In this document: piece by piece, positions 46,921-58,625 of the stretch
Layout of the letters: every line of letters begins with the position of its first letter
Position numbering within the stretch: position 1 is the stretch's first letter
DNA from: Schizosaccharomyces osmophilus
Taxonomy: Eukaryota
Length of the DNA stretch: 64,000 bases
Reading direction: 5' to 3'
Assembly: GCF_027921745.1 (NCBI RefSeq)
Contig: NC_079239.1
Span: 682,001-746,000 of the forward strand
Notes under the pieces: generated by a model
Database searches by the model: none
Seen by the model: only the letters and a program-made list of their open reading frames with translations
Told to the model about the DNA's origin: nothing
Translations under genes and position numbers: made by a program

Positions 46921-47911
46921 AGCATACACTGAAAATTAAGGATTCCAAATGACCTTAGCCAAATCAATGATAGAAACGAGAGCAAACTCTACTTCAATGC
47001 CAATGGAATATAGAGACCGTTTAACGGGTTTCATGAGGCAATTGAAATTTCTAACAATGCATGCAATGGAGAACCCTTTTCTACGAAGTTAGAAACTTAA
47101 CGGTTTTGTACTGAAACATCATCCTCACAATAAGAATATACGGATTTCATTAAATGACATGAATATGACGCCCAGGAAGTTTGCTAAACGATCACTAACT
47201 TCATGAAGCAATATTAATTATAGTAAGCCAGATAATTATTTCAAAGAGGTTCAAGAAGGTAATTTGTTGAATCCTTGACTTAATCAAACCAAGAAATTAT
47301 AATAAAGGGTTCTAGTAAGTTGCCAAATATTTCAACGGTTTGGTAATAAAAGTTACTACAAAGAGGAGCTATATCTGGAAATATTAAACAAAATGTGAGA
47401 AGCAAATGCGGCTTTCTATATATTGAATGAATGAAACCGTTTATAAGCATTTCGTAGTATAAGGGAAATACAAAGAAATGGTACATACTAAAGAATCCTA
47501 TTCATGCGTAAGACGAGATGACTTCAACCTTCCAAGGGATTGGTGTAATGTGTCTTCATTCATGACTTGTTGTATGCTCTTCCTTCGACAATATTTTTGT
47601 AGTCTTGATTATTTAACTTGGGCTGCCACATACAGGTTTCATTTCAAACTTGCTTAGAGGAGGGTAGAGATGATATGAATTCACAACTTAAGCTAGCTTT
47701 TCATTATGAAGATATAAACTCATTCATTAGCTCTATTTTCTAAATTTACTAAAACTCTCTTTTTCTATTTTCTTTTGAAAGAATTTCCTACTACACAACA
47801 TTATCAATATTTATTACTTAGTAAAAACTTAGAATCGGTTGTTTTTTCTTAGCTTTTAGCTTTGATAACAACAGAATTTTTGCAAGCAATCAAACAAAAA
47901 CGACTGAATGC

Positions 47912-50005
47912 TTAAAAGCGAAGATCCCATCCAATTTGAGGTCCCAAGATAGGCAATTGCTCAGCAACGCTTTGAACGTCTTTGTCACCACGACCAGAAA
48001 CACAAATTACGATGTCCTTGTCTTTGGAAAGAGTCTTTGCCAATTCCATACCACCAAAAATAGCATGAGAAGATTCCAAAGCGGGAACAATACCTTCGTA
48101 ATGACATAGAGCACGGAAGCCTTCAAGACATTCAGCATCAGTAACTGCAATGAAATTGCCACGCTGAGTTTCTTTTAGCTCAGACAATTCAGGACCAACG
48201 GCGGGATAGTCCAAACCAGCAGAAATAGAATGGGTATCTTGAATTTGTCCATCTTCGCGTTGCAAAACATAAGTACGTACACCATGGAATACACCAATTT
48301 TGCCCCTGGACAATGTCGCACTATGCTTGTCAGTTCCGATACCAGAACCACCAGCCTCACAACCCAAGAGCTGTACAGACTTGTCTTCCTTGAAAGGGGA
48401 AAATAGACCAATTGAGTTGGATCCACCACCGACACAAGCCACGACGGCATCAGGGAGCTTGCCACGCTTTTCCTGCATTTGAGCCTTTGTCTCCTTACCA
48501 ATTACACTTTGGAATGTTTTAACAATAGTAGGGAAGGGATGGGGTCCAATAGCGGATCCAATCAAATAGTGAGTAGTGTCAATTTCCGCAACCCAAGCTC
48601 TTAAAGCTTCATTTACGGCATCACGAAGAGTTTTAGTACCAGAAGTGACAGGAATAACATCTGCACCTAATAAGCGAATACGGAAAACATTAAGAGATTG
48701 ACGGCGGCAATCTTCAGCTCCCATATAAATTGTGCACTTCATGCCTAACTTAGCAGCGGCGATGGCAGTAGCAACACCGTGTTGCCCTGCACCTGTTTCA
48801 GCGATTACACGGTTTTTGCCGAGACGCTTGGCAATTAAAATTTGACCAATGGAATTATTGATCTTGTGAGAACCACCATGGTTCAAATCTTCACGCTTCA
48901 GCCAAATGTTAGCACCGCCGCAATATTCTGTAAGACGCTTAGCATAATCGAGAGCACTGGGGCGACCCATATAGTCATAGTAAGAACGGAACTCTTCCCA
49001 AAACTTCTCATCATTTATGGCTTTGTAGAAGGCGCTTTCAAGCTCAACCAAACATTGGGTTAAAGCTTCTGGTACAAACATACCTCCAAAAGAGCCGAAC
49101 GTTTGGGGGAGGTACATTTCATTTGCAGGTTCAATAATTGCGGCAGGAGGGGCGGTATTCACGGCGGTATCAGATGCAAAACGTTTAGCAGGAGGAGCAG
49201 AAGTATCACTTTGGGTCAAATATTGACAGTATTCCTTAACATCATTAGCAGCCTTACCGGGTTCAGCCTTGAAAATCACATCAATGATTTTACTGCCAAT
49301 GACGACACCATCAGCGACGCTACCAACATATCTAAAATGCTCATTGGTGTTGACACCAAATCCAACAGCCAACGGGGTATTTCCAGCGTATTTACGAATA
49401 CGATCGCAAAACTCCGGTAAGGCACTGTTGATTTGACCACTAGCAGAAGAACCAGTGCTACCCATGCGGGAGACGACGTAGATGAAAGAGTCGGCGATAG
49501 AAGCTAAAATCCTCAAACGATTGTCAGTAGTAGAGGGGGCTACAAGAGGGATAAAACTAAGCCCTTCTTTACTGCATTCGGCTCGAAATCCAACAGCTTC
49601 CTCAGGAGGCAAGTCAACAATAATGAAGCCGTTAGCACCAACTTCCTTCGACTTTTGTATGGTATTCTTATCACCGTAAGAGTAAACTGGATTGTAATAA
49701 CCCATTAAAAGGATAGGAATGGTAACGCCAGCTTCGCGAGCACGCTTTACGGTATCAAAGACAACGGTCAAACTAACATTGTTTTTTAGAGCCACTTCAT
49801 TACCTTTGCAAATGGTAGGACCATCTGCAACTGCATCAGAGAAAGGAACACCCAACTCAATAACTCCAGCTCCTCCAGCTTGGAGTCCTTTCATGATATC
49901 AATTGTTTCATCCACACTTGGGAATCCACAAGTAATAAATGTAACCAAAACATTTTTGTTCTCCTTTCTAGCTTGTAGAAATGTGTTCCTCAATTGTTCT
50001 GCCAT
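47912..50005 (-). CDS. trp2: Tryptophan synthase (fused alpha-beta)
   Basis: Alpha domain [17 protein letters not shown]; beta domain [24 protein letters not shown] and [11 protein letters not shown]. Confidence 0.98.
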   Translation of the reverse strand: MAEQLRNTFLQARKENKNVLVTFITCGFPSVDETIDIMKGLQAGGAGVIELGVPFSDAVADGPTICKGNEVALKNNVSLTVVFDTVKRAREAGVTIPILLMGYYNPVYSYGDKNTIQKSKEVGANGFIIVDLPPEEAVGFRAECSKEGLSFIPLVAPSTTDNRLRILASIADSFIYVVSRMGSTGSSASGQINSALPEFCDRIRKYAGNTPLAVGFGVNTNEHFRYVGSVADGVVIGSKIIDVIFKAEPGKAANDVKEYCQYLTQSDTSAPPAKRFASDTAVNTAPPAAIIEPANEMYLPQTFGSFGGMFVPEALTQCLVELESAFYKAINDEKFWEEFRSYYDYMGRPSALDYAKRLTEYCGGANIWLKREDLNHGGSHKINNSIGQILIAKRLGKNRVIAETGAGQHGVATAIAAAKLGMKCTIYMGAEDCRRQSLNVFRIRLLGADVIPVTSGTKTLRDAVNEALRAWVAEIDTTHYLIGSAIGPHPFPTIVKTFQSVIGKETKAQMQEKRGKLPDAVVACVGGGSNSIGLFSPFKEDKSVQLLGCEAGGSGIGTDKHSATLSRGKIGVFHGVRTYVLQREDGQIQDTHSISAGLDYPAVGPELSELKETQRGNFIAVTDAECLEGFRALCHYEGIVPALESSHAIFGGMELAKTLSKDKDIVICVSGRGDKDVQSVAEQLPILGPQIGWDLRF

Positions 50006-50753
50006 GGTGTTCGTATTTACACACTATTTGAAAGGTGTTGGCGGAGAGATAGTTTCAACAAAGGACCATGCGATCCTAACTCATCTTTAATGAAATTCGA
50101 TGAATGTTAGCTAACATTTCCTCTTCTATCTTTAAGACACGTTAACAATTATTTAAATTTTCTGACAATGATTTTAGCATCTGAATACGGAAGAAAATAC
50201 TTACTAACTTTGAAGTGAGAATGACCTCAAGCTTTGGAAGACTTCTTAATTTTATTAATTGCTAGTGAGCATATTGTTAAGGACTTTTCGATTTTACTAT
50301 TTTGCTCTTCAAGCCATAAAGTTACAATTTACTTGGCTAAAAGGAATGTCTAATAGCTCAAAAAGTTACAACTATGAATTTTTCTGCAAACGATTTATGT
50401 CAATATACTTTGAATGAAATCCAAATTGGCATAGATGTCACATGCTAATTGCCGTCTTGACAAACTTTGTAAAGCCTTCAGACTTTGAGTGACATATACA
50501 ACGAGCTGAATTCAAGTTATAGCTGTACTTAGGATTTTTCAGGAAATCCCACAAGCTCGATGTAAAACCTTTTTACCAAATACTATATCTTGCACTACTG
50601 CAGAGACGTTTCGAAGTCTCAAGTACATAGTAAATAATGAATAGATTTTTTATGCACTCTAAGTATCCAACATATATATAACTCTCGACAACGTAAAAGC
50701 ATCGATAAGAATAGTGAATAAGATAAAAAAAGTGTTGTTCTGCTTTCCTTACT

Positions 50754-51422
50754 TTAGAACAGCCTAAGACTGCCTGTAACTTCATTAACTACGCTCACCG
50801 GACCTGGACCAATTCCTAGAACGGTTGCGGACCCAGAGACAATTTGAGTACGTCCAGCATCATGAACGATTCTAGCCGAAAGTCCCAAAGACATAGCTTG
50901 AGCTTGCAAAATTTGAAGCTGCTCTTCTGACTGTGCCTGCAATGTAATCTTCGCTTGGCCAGCAACCTCCCATAGTTGTAACATCTCTGGATCCGTGGCT
51001 GCTGCAAGCTTATAGCAAGCTAAAGCTGCATGGGCACACTGAGCAGCTATCTTTCCCTTCGTCATGCCCAAATCTGTACGGACAACAAGCACCATTTTAG
51101 TTTGACCCTCGGCTAAGGCCAAAGCAGCAAGGCTGCTTTTTCCTTTTAATATTGCAGCTAATTCTGCTTCAGAATCTTCTTCTTCTGTGAAACTTTCTTC
51201 ACTCTCACTATGGTCTTCCTTCTTTCCTGGTAAAGCATCACCTTTTTCGCGATTCGAGGTACATTCTTCTGTTATAATTTTTCCATCTCCAACACTAAAT
51301 TTTTGATAAGCACTTTTCCATCCTAAAAGGAAACCACATGAAGTGCCTACAAGAACACCCGTTGTGAAGTATGAAAGAGCCGAAGCAGTTAAAGAATTTT
51401 TTACGGAGTTTATCAAAGACAT
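50754..51422 (-). CDS. pth2: Peptidyl-tRNA hydrolase Pth2 (mitochondrial outer membrane anchored)
   Basis: KMVLVVRTDLGMTKGKIAAQCAHA and DAGRTQI motifs; N-terminal TM segment. Confidence 0.95.
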   Translation of the reverse strand: MSLINSVKNSLTASALSYFTTGVLVGTSCGFLLGWKSAYQKFSVGDGKIITEECTSNREKGDALPGKKEDHSESEESFTEEEDSEAELAAILKGKSSLAALALAEGQTKMVLVVRTDLGMTKGKIAAQCAHAALACYKLAAATDPEMLQLWEVAGQAKITLQAQSEEQLQILQAQAMSLGLSARIVHDAGRTQIVSGSATVLGIGPGPVSVVNEVTGSLRLF

Positions 51423-51833
51423 AGAAATCCTTAAACTAAAATAGAAAGGATAAATATTAGTCCTAACGCCTAAGCCTGTATATTTAGAATAAGTGGGAAG
51501 TATGGGTAGATGAAGCTGGTAATATCAAAAATAGAAATCAAGAGTTGTTCAAAAGAAGAGTATGAGAAACAAAGAACCGTACTCATTTTTCAAAAATTAA
51601 AGCAATTGATGAATGCAGAGGAAAAAAAACGGTAACCTTTTGAATTTTTATATGAATAGCACTATCGACGCAATTGTAAGTTGATTCTAACTAAAGTCTA
51701 AAACAGATTAAAAAGGAGGTATCCAAAAATTCATTATAGGTTATATAGTCATTATGGATCATGTCAGGAATGGAAAAATAGGTAATCGCACTTATGCCTT
51801 AATCAATTTATATCCCAGCCGATTCTAATTCTA

Positions 51834-52628
51834 TTAATATCTTCTGCGCTTTGGAAAGGAGTCACGTCTTTCATAACCTAAACCCGCTGTGCGAGAAGAA
51901 CGGGATCCTGACATCCTTGAAGACAGCGAAGAGCCCGTGGGAGGGGGACCACCGCGGAAACCACGATAACCGCCACGGAAACCACTGTCTCCTCTAAACC
52001 TTGAGCCCCGTTCACGAGGAGGGCGCTCTTTAGTGTAATGTCTACCACCTAAACCGCCTCCTAGTTTTCGAGGCAACCAACCTTTCACAGTGCGACCACG
52101 TTCAACATCAATAACAATCCTTCTTCCTTGTAATACCAATCCATCTGCAGCTCGATAAGCAGCCTTAAGATCACGTTCTCTTTCGAATACTGCAAATGCA
52201 TATCCCTTTGACTTTCCAGTAGCTTTATCTCTAACGACGCGAATTCTTTCAATTGGACCGTAACGTATAAGTTCTTTTTCGATGTCTCCTTCCCTTGTAT
52301 TATAACTTAATCTCCCTAGAAACATGGTTTTATAGGGATCACCGATAACATGTCGGTCATCATCGGGATTCCATTGTCGGGTCATCGACCGCAATTTTTC
52401 ACGTTGTTTTAATTTCCTTTCTTCCTTACGGATAACCCGACTCTCCTCCAGAGTTTCCGTAGGCTGATAATTATCATTGTATGTCTTTGCTAGTTGTAAA
52501 TATTTTGCGACTCCAGAAAGGTGAGGAGTTGATCGTTTCTCTGGCGGAGCATCTGTAGGCGGTAAATATCTTAAAGGAGGTCTAGGAGCAAACAATGCCA
52601 ATACCGTCGATGGTAACTTTTCAGTCAT
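51834..52628 (-). CDS. usp101: U1 snRNP 70K protein
   Basis: LFAPRPPLRYLP, RRM (KSKGYAFAVF), DVERGRTVKGWLPRKLGGGLGG. Confidence 0.96.
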   Translation of the reverse strand: MTEKLPSTVLALFAPRPPLRYLPPTDAPPEKRSTPHLSGVAKYLQLAKTYNDNYQPTETLEESRVIRKEERKLKQREKLRSMTRQWNPDDDRHVIGDPYKTMFLGRLSYNTREGDIEKELIRYGPIERIRVVRDKATGKSKGYAFAVFERERDLKAAYRAADGLVLQGRRIVIDVERGRTVKGWLPRKLGGGLGGRHYTKERPPRERGSRFRGDSGFRGGYRGFRGGPPPTGSSLSSRMSGSRSSRTAGLGYERRDSFPKRRRY

Positions 52629-52986
52629 TTTTCCAGCATTCCTTGATTTTGCTAATAGTAAGCTTACTATATGTAACGACTTACGGCTTTCGCCAAAAAT
52701 ATACTATTATATTATTTTAACGAATATATATAATATTGCGTTTTAAAAGACTAGTTAATGAAGGATCAATTGAATAACATACAGCTGTTGAATTTAGTAG
52801 AGGAATAGAATTATTGAAGCAAATGTTGTAAAAGGATTTTATCTTACTCTATACATCCTCCTGCTAAGAAGTCATCAGCACGATTAAGTATAATTAATTC
52901 GTAGCACACATTCAATCAAATTTATACATATATGCTACACTAATTTTGTATATATATACATATTTTTTATATATTTATAAGCCAAA

Positions 52987-55152
52987 CTAAACTTGTCTTT
53001 GATTTCTCACTACGTTTTGCAGATAAGAAAGGAAGTATTCATCAGACGACTTCTCAACGGTTGGGTAATTTTTATCATCCACTTCTGCAGATGGAACTCG
53101 CTTGAGAATCTTCACAGAGCCAGGGAAAGTGCCTGGTGTGGTAAGTCCTTCAGTGGAACGATCAGCTTTGTTTTCATGATGGGTAACCGCCTCCTTTGAA
53201 GCAGTGGTCGCAGGCTGAAGTGAATTTCCTAGTAGAGCACTTTTCAAAGCTTCCGTATTTTTAGCTCTAGTAGCTTCATTATTCTTAGCTTTGTTCTTGG
53301 CATCTAACCGAGGAATCCTGCTTTTTGGCTTTGGTGACGGTTTCGCTTCCGAAGATTGATTTACCGAAGGTTCATTATTCTTAGTGGTTGATGAAGGCAA
53401 ATTTGAAGGTGTCGGTAAGGCTGTTGGATTCAACAATGCTTGAAGAAGATGTTCAGAGTGAGACGATGGCTCAGCAGGAGGGGTGGACACAGTAGGCTTA
53501 TTAACCGTTTCAGGTTTCTCTTGGATACTAGCATTCATGTCAGACTTAGATGTACCTAACAAAATGTTGACTAACTTCTGAGAAGACCCATCTTGAGGAG
53601 CTGGCAGAGACTGAACCGGCTTAGGAGTAGATATCATATCAAAAAGTTTCCTAGAAGAAGCTTCGTTTTGTAATCGGTTTACAGTAGGTTCGTCATGCAA
53701 ATTGTTTATAGGATTTTGCTGGTGTTGTACAGCAGGAAAGGGATCAACCACATGGTTCGAATAAGGAGGGATCTGTATGTTTGAGTTTGGATGAGTGTCA
53801 TCGTAGACTTCACGCATCTGATCAGGCTTAAAACTCTGAATAGACGTAGTCGTGGGTGGATGGAAAACTTCATGATAAACGGTTTTGGGAGAAGGAAGAT
53901 CCATAGGAGAAGGCATAACTGCTTCGGGACTTTCGGGACTAAAGTTTTCCCTGTTTTGAACATAAGGGCCATGGTACCCCGAAAACGGTGGAGGCGGGGG
54001 AGGATAATTAACTGAATTTGGAAATTGCAAATTGGAAGCGACGTTGGGAGGAGGTGGACCTGTAGCGGCGACTCTTGGAAAAGATTCGGAAGGGTTTTGG
54101 GGGTCTAAACCTAGATAGGCAAATGGGTCAAACCCATAAAGAGAAGGCCCGTTTGCCCAAGGGTGATCTACTTGACGAGGGGGTTGCTGGGGAAGAGACG
54201 AGACAGGTAAAATTGGAATGGGCTGTTTGGGTTCAAAATTTCCATTGAGGAGAGTAAGTATTTTTTGTCTGATGTCAACTGGAGGAAGTTGAGGAACAGC
54301 CTGCTGTTCCGTTGGTTGCGAAATAGGAAAGGGTGTAGCGGTAGGAGCCGTGGATGATTTCAAAAGAGTGAGAAGTTGGGAAGAAGCGTCGGCGTCAACA
54401 TCAACGGAAATTCCTTGTTCTTTCGTAGTCTTGGTAGCGACATTACGCTTCTTAATCCACTTTTTAAGAGGAGTTAAAAAAGGAATGACCATGTAGAACT
54501 TGTTTTTTACCGTATCCGTTTTGGACTTTTTGTACGTAGGCAAATCAGCCAACATATGCCATTCAATTTTGCTAATTTCTTTGCGTGTTCTTGATTCAAA
54601 CACCGTGTCTAAAGACATCTCTGGGATAATGTACAAACGGACATTTTGTCCACGGATTGTCATATCGATGTATTCATTAGAATTAATGTGGCCTGTTAAG
54701 TCAAAGCCAGTTTCTTCATAAACCTCACGAACAGCACAATCAACGTCTGATTCATCTTTGTCGATTTTTCCTTTAGGAAACCCCCAGCCAGAAGAGGCTT
54801 TCCATCCTTTTACGAGAAGACAGCGCTGTAAGGATTTATCGAGCAAAATTGCTCCTCGGACGGGAATTCGTGTTTTATAGCGTAAAAAATCATCAAAAGC
54901 TTCTTCATGTACTTTACTCCATTTCCATAATAAAGGGCAATGGGCAAATAATCTGGCACTGAAGACGCGTAATCCTAAAGATGGTAGTTGATCGTTCTGT
55001 GCTCGAATAAAATCTTCGTAAAACCAATGTGCTTGTTCAATCTGAAAGCAAAGCCTTTCGACACTGCTTTGTTCTTCAGCCGGCAAATTTAATATGAACC
55101 GTGCAGACAGATCATCGAGCACTTGCGAAAATGTAGCGTTTTTAAAGGACAT
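52987..55152 (-). CDS. dcp2: mRNA decapping enzyme Dcp2
   Basis: Box A (LDDLSARFILNLP..CFQIEQAHWFYEDF), Nudix box GKIDKDESDVDCAVREVYEETG, and a disordered tail with helical leucine motifs. Confidence 0.97.
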   Translation of the reverse strand: MSFKNATFSQVLDDLSARFILNLPAEEQSSVERLCFQIEQAHWFYEDFIRAQNDQLPSLGLRVFSARLFAHCPLLWKWSKVHEEAFDDFLRYKTRIPVRGAILLDKSLQRCLLVKGWKASSGWGFPKGKIDKDESDVDCAVREVYEETGFDLTGHINSNEYIDMTIRGQNVRLYIIPEMSLDTVFESRTRKEISKIEWHMLADLPTYKKSKTDTVKNKFYMVIPFLTPLKKWIKKRNVATKTTKEQGISVDVDADASSQLLTLLKSSTAPTATPFPISQPTEQQAVPQLPPVDIRQKILTLLNGNFEPKQPIPILPVSSLPQQPPRQVDHPWANGPSLYGFDPFAYLGLDPQNPSESFPRVAATGPPPPNVASNLQFPNSVNYPPPPPPFSGYHGPYVQNRENFSPESPEAVMPSPMDLPSPKTVYHEVFHPPTTTSIQSFKPDQMREVYDDTHPNSNIQIPPYSNHVVDPFPAVQHQQNPINNLHDEPTVNRLQNEASSRKLFDMISTPKPVQSLPAPQDGSSQKLVNILLGTSKSDMNASIQEKPETVNKPTVSTPPAEPSSHSEHLLQALLNPTALPTPSNLPSSTTKNNEPSVNQSSEAKPSPKPKSRIPRLDAKNKAKNNEATRAKNTEALKSALLGNSLQPATTASKEAVTHHENKADRSTEGLTTPGTFPGSVKILKRVPSAEVDDKNYPTVEKSSDEYFLSYLQNVVRNQRQV

Positions 55153-55576
55153 CTCGCATCAATTTTAAAAAATTAAGATAAATAATACAAGGACAAATAA
55201 TTAAATTCCGGTTAAAACACCGTCTAAACTTTAAGTATTTCTTCTTTTAATTCGTCGTGGTTGTTCCTGCATAGTAGTTTATTACACCACATATAATGTC
55301 TGAGTGGATGGTTTAGCGTAATCAAACAAATTTTCTATAAAGGCAAATTATGTATGATAGCGTTTAGATTTTAAAGGATTTAAACAAATTCGTTATCCTG
55401 GCTTATTTAGAAAAGTAACTGTCTAGACATTAATTAGTCTTTCGTTTTGGTAGGCATAAAATGGTTTTATGTACGTTCTGTTTACCATAGTTTTTACCTT
55501 GTCTAAAAGCTCAAAATAGACTAACTTTCAATCCTTAGGTTCCTGAAACATTGCGCGTGATATTGTACGATTGAAT

Positions 55577-56439
55577 ATGGATTCAAAACGAATCCTAGTC
55601 ATAGGGAAGTCAAAATCTGGTAAAGTAACGTTTGTGAAAGGTAGCTGAACAAAATCTTTAAGAAGGAGAATTGAAAGCAGATTGCTAAACAGTAGCTTTG
55701 ACGGGGACTTTGCCCAGTGGACTAAACCTGACATCAAATGAAACATCACATGCTGGCTTATCGCACGAATATACATTGAAAAATAAGTACTTTCAAAAGG
55801 AGGTCGGATTATGGATTGACGAATACACAAATCTGGAAGAAACACTCGAGGCATATGCTTCTGAGGACGCTAAGGAAGTAATCAATGCTATCGGTGCCAT
55901 TATCTACACATTTCGCTCCTATGAACCTCAAGAATGGTCTCTTTGGAACACTTTTAGTGAGAATTTAAAGAATCCTATCCCCATTGTTGGACTTCACATG
56001 GACACTTCATCTATGGTAGTGCCTCCTGATAGCCCATACCTGGAGTATGTAGCATTTTTTCAGACAGGAAAAAATGAGTTTGGAGGCATGTATTGAAAAC
56101 AATACAGCGCAAACATACAAATGCTAACAATTGTTAGAAAAACTAGGACTTGAACGTGTTTTGGAAATTTTCGATTGTTGCGAATGGGACTTTGATTCTA
56201 ATGAGAATGTTTCGGAAGATTTTGTGTTGCCAGGTAAAGATTCTTCTATGTCACTAGATGATTCAGAGTTGAATGCTCTCGTTAATCAAGTGAAACAGCT
56301 TCGAGGTACGGAAAAGTCAAAGAGCACACGCTGACCAGTTTTAGGGTCGGATTTAGACATACAGGAAAGGAAAAAGCAGGCAATATCGTTCATTAATTCC
56401 CTAGTGGACGAGAGATTTCAAGAATCAGACCTAAATTAA
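55577..56439 (+). CDS. irc6: Irc6/p34 clathrin adaptor-binding protein; exons 55577-55640, 55696-56085, 56138-56305, 56345-56439
   Basis: P-loop-like GKSKSGK, NKYFQKEVGLWIDE and KNEFGEKLGLERV (across a GC-AG intron). Confidence 0.85.
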
Positions 56440-56574
56440 CGGTTCCGAAAACGTTGGTTCATTCTCTTCATTCCAAACGCTCTACAGGCAAAACCAAAAA
56501 AAACTATATATACAATACAAAACAAGAAGGAAAACTAAATAAATATTAACATAAAACCATTCTATAATCGTAAC

Positions 56575-57354
56575 CTAAAAGTACAATTCCCACATTGCAT
56601 TTTTTGTGTTCAAATAACGATTACATCCTAATGCTGTACATTTGGCCTCCGGCCGTCGACTTGTTTTTAGCACTTTTGAGCAGGATCCACAATAAACATG
56701 ACCACATTTGGTAGCCCAGACACTTGACTTTTCAATGCTTTTCGAAATTCCTAGTTCTTCATGGCAGCGAGGGCATGCTATGGTCGTTTCAGAACCAAAG
56801 TTTCTCGTATATCCCTCTGTGGCAGGCTTCGGAGGAACATAAGTTGCCCTTCGTTCTTCGATCGAAGGCGATTGAGTTTCTGATTCAGGGACAAAGTCAG
56901 AGAAATAATCGTTACTACCAGAAGCATTGGCTTCTTGACCAAAATAAGAACCATCGTACCTCATTCTACCCAAAAGCATTTCAAATAAAGATGGAGACAT
57001 TGAATTTGCTGACCCTAGTTCGGGAAATGAGCGAGTCATTATTTCAAGTAGACTGCGAGAACCTCTGGAAGATCTCCGGGAAACGACTTGTGGACCTAAG
57101 TACACCATGTCTTCCAGGTAAGACAATGGGTTGGATGCCGATGCCAAATTCCGACGTCTTCGAATTCGACGCCGACTACGTCCCCTTTGCGGTCGCTCTT
57201 CCATTGGAGTCGCCGTGAATGGGTCATCGGGTATAGCGTCAACATCAATTACTGTTTGACCAGATAATTGCGGCGGATCGTTACTGGGAGAAGAAGTTCT
57301 TGTTAAATCAATCACATCATTTGAATTCACATCTATGGATTCATTTAAGGGCAT
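56575..57354 (-). CDS. rfp1: SUMO-targeted ubiquitin ligase subunit Rfp1
   Basis: SIMs (VIDLT, VIDVD) and a C-terminal RING (CPRC...CGHVYCGSC...CTALGC). Confidence 0.88.
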   Translation of the reverse strand: MPLNESIDVNSNDVIDLTRTSSPSNDPPQLSGQTVIDVDAIPDDPFTATPMEERPQRGRSRRRIRRRRNLASASNPLSYLEDMVYLGPQVVSRRSSRGSRSLLEIMTRSFPELGSANSMSPSLFEMLLGRMRYDGSYFGQEANASGSNDYFSDFVPESETQSPSIEERRATYVPPKPATEGYTRNFGSETTIACPRCHEELGISKSIEKSSVWATKCGHVYCGSCSKVLKTSRRPEAKCTALGCNRYLNTKNAMWELYF

Positions 57355-57963
57355 GGATATTCCAAAGTACTTTTACCCTTATTTCCAAGTCACTTGGCGC
57401 TTGGCAACTTTTTAAAACTGGCAAATTCACATGTATATGAATAAATACTGCACTTGAGTGTGGAACTTAATTACAAATAAATATATGGTAATGCACTGGA
57501 TGGAAATTCTTCTACTAAGTAGAATAGTGTGGTTTGACGAAGCTTTTTAGTAAACAAATGAGCCGTCGGCTACTTGTAGGAGTTATTTTCTTCTTGGAAG
57601 AGTTTAGCTTGGGTCACATGAATAATGTAAGTTATCGGCATCTTATTTTGGAATTCATTATGAGGTTCTTTCCGTAATGTTGCATTCGTGCTAGTATTTT
57701 CTGAAGTATTCATGAAAAGGCATCGTATAATCGGCACTCGCCATAATAGGAGGAAATAGCGTCTAGAAACTCTCCAGATGAAACCAATGGCCAAATAAAA
57801 TCCTTCCTAGTGTTGATTCCGTCGGAGAAATTATTGATATTCATAAGGTCACAGAAATATCCAACCAGAAAAGATCGAGTCCAAATATATAACTTGCATA
57901 GCGTATAAAATACTCTAAATATGATTCTCATTGAGAGGATATGCAATTCACACCCAGTTTGTT

Positions 57964-58353
57964 TTAGCCCAAAATCAGGTTGTATATAATAACGACGGTA
58001 TTAATGGCAATTAATGGGACTATAAAACTTGTTAGATAAATCTTTCATTGAAAAGAACGTTACATACATGTCATGACCGTTCGAATTGCTCGAATTAGGT
58101 GAAGAATTCTACTTTTGATGGTATCTTGGGGTTCTCCGAATCCATAGGAGGTGTTCTGAGACCATCCAACTGAGAGCAATAGTTAGAATAAAATCTTTTT
58201 CCTAAACCACTTACGTCTTCCTAAAAAGCGGTCTTCAGAAAGAATGGCGACTGCATTCAACAAAAGCAAAATAACTAGGCAGAGTTAACTTCTCAACCTT
58301 AAGATACTTTCCTTACTGTAAAGTATATTTCCGAATCCAAACAGAAGTCCCAT
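57964..58353 (-). CDS. yos1: ER-Golgi transport protein Yos1 (4 exons)
   Basis: Spliced MGLLFGFGNILY|IILLLLNAVAILSEDRFLGR|LGWSQ...IRAIRTVMT|FPLIAINTVVIIYNLILG, with three canonical introns. Confidence 0.92.
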
Positions 58354-58625
58354 GATCAAAGTATTAGCCTTTCAAACAGGTTTTAACAAACTGTCAAATG
58401 CGAAGCAGTTAGTATGAACTTCAGAATTCGTATGCGGAAGTTTCTTGCAGTACCTTAATAAACAAAGCGATAAACATATACATGTTTAGTATGTTTAGCT
58501 ACTTTTTTGTGTTTGATATATTTAATACTTTACTGGGAAAGAACATCACAGTTACGCCGCTCTTTTAAAAAGAGAAATATTGTTGCTTTGTTAACAATCT
58601 ATAATAAAAGCCATAAATCCCAAAA

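Noticed and set aside
46659..46985. 108-aa ORF with a YIYIYI run upstream of phx1
   Set aside because: TTG start; the translation derives from the (AT)n microsatellite.
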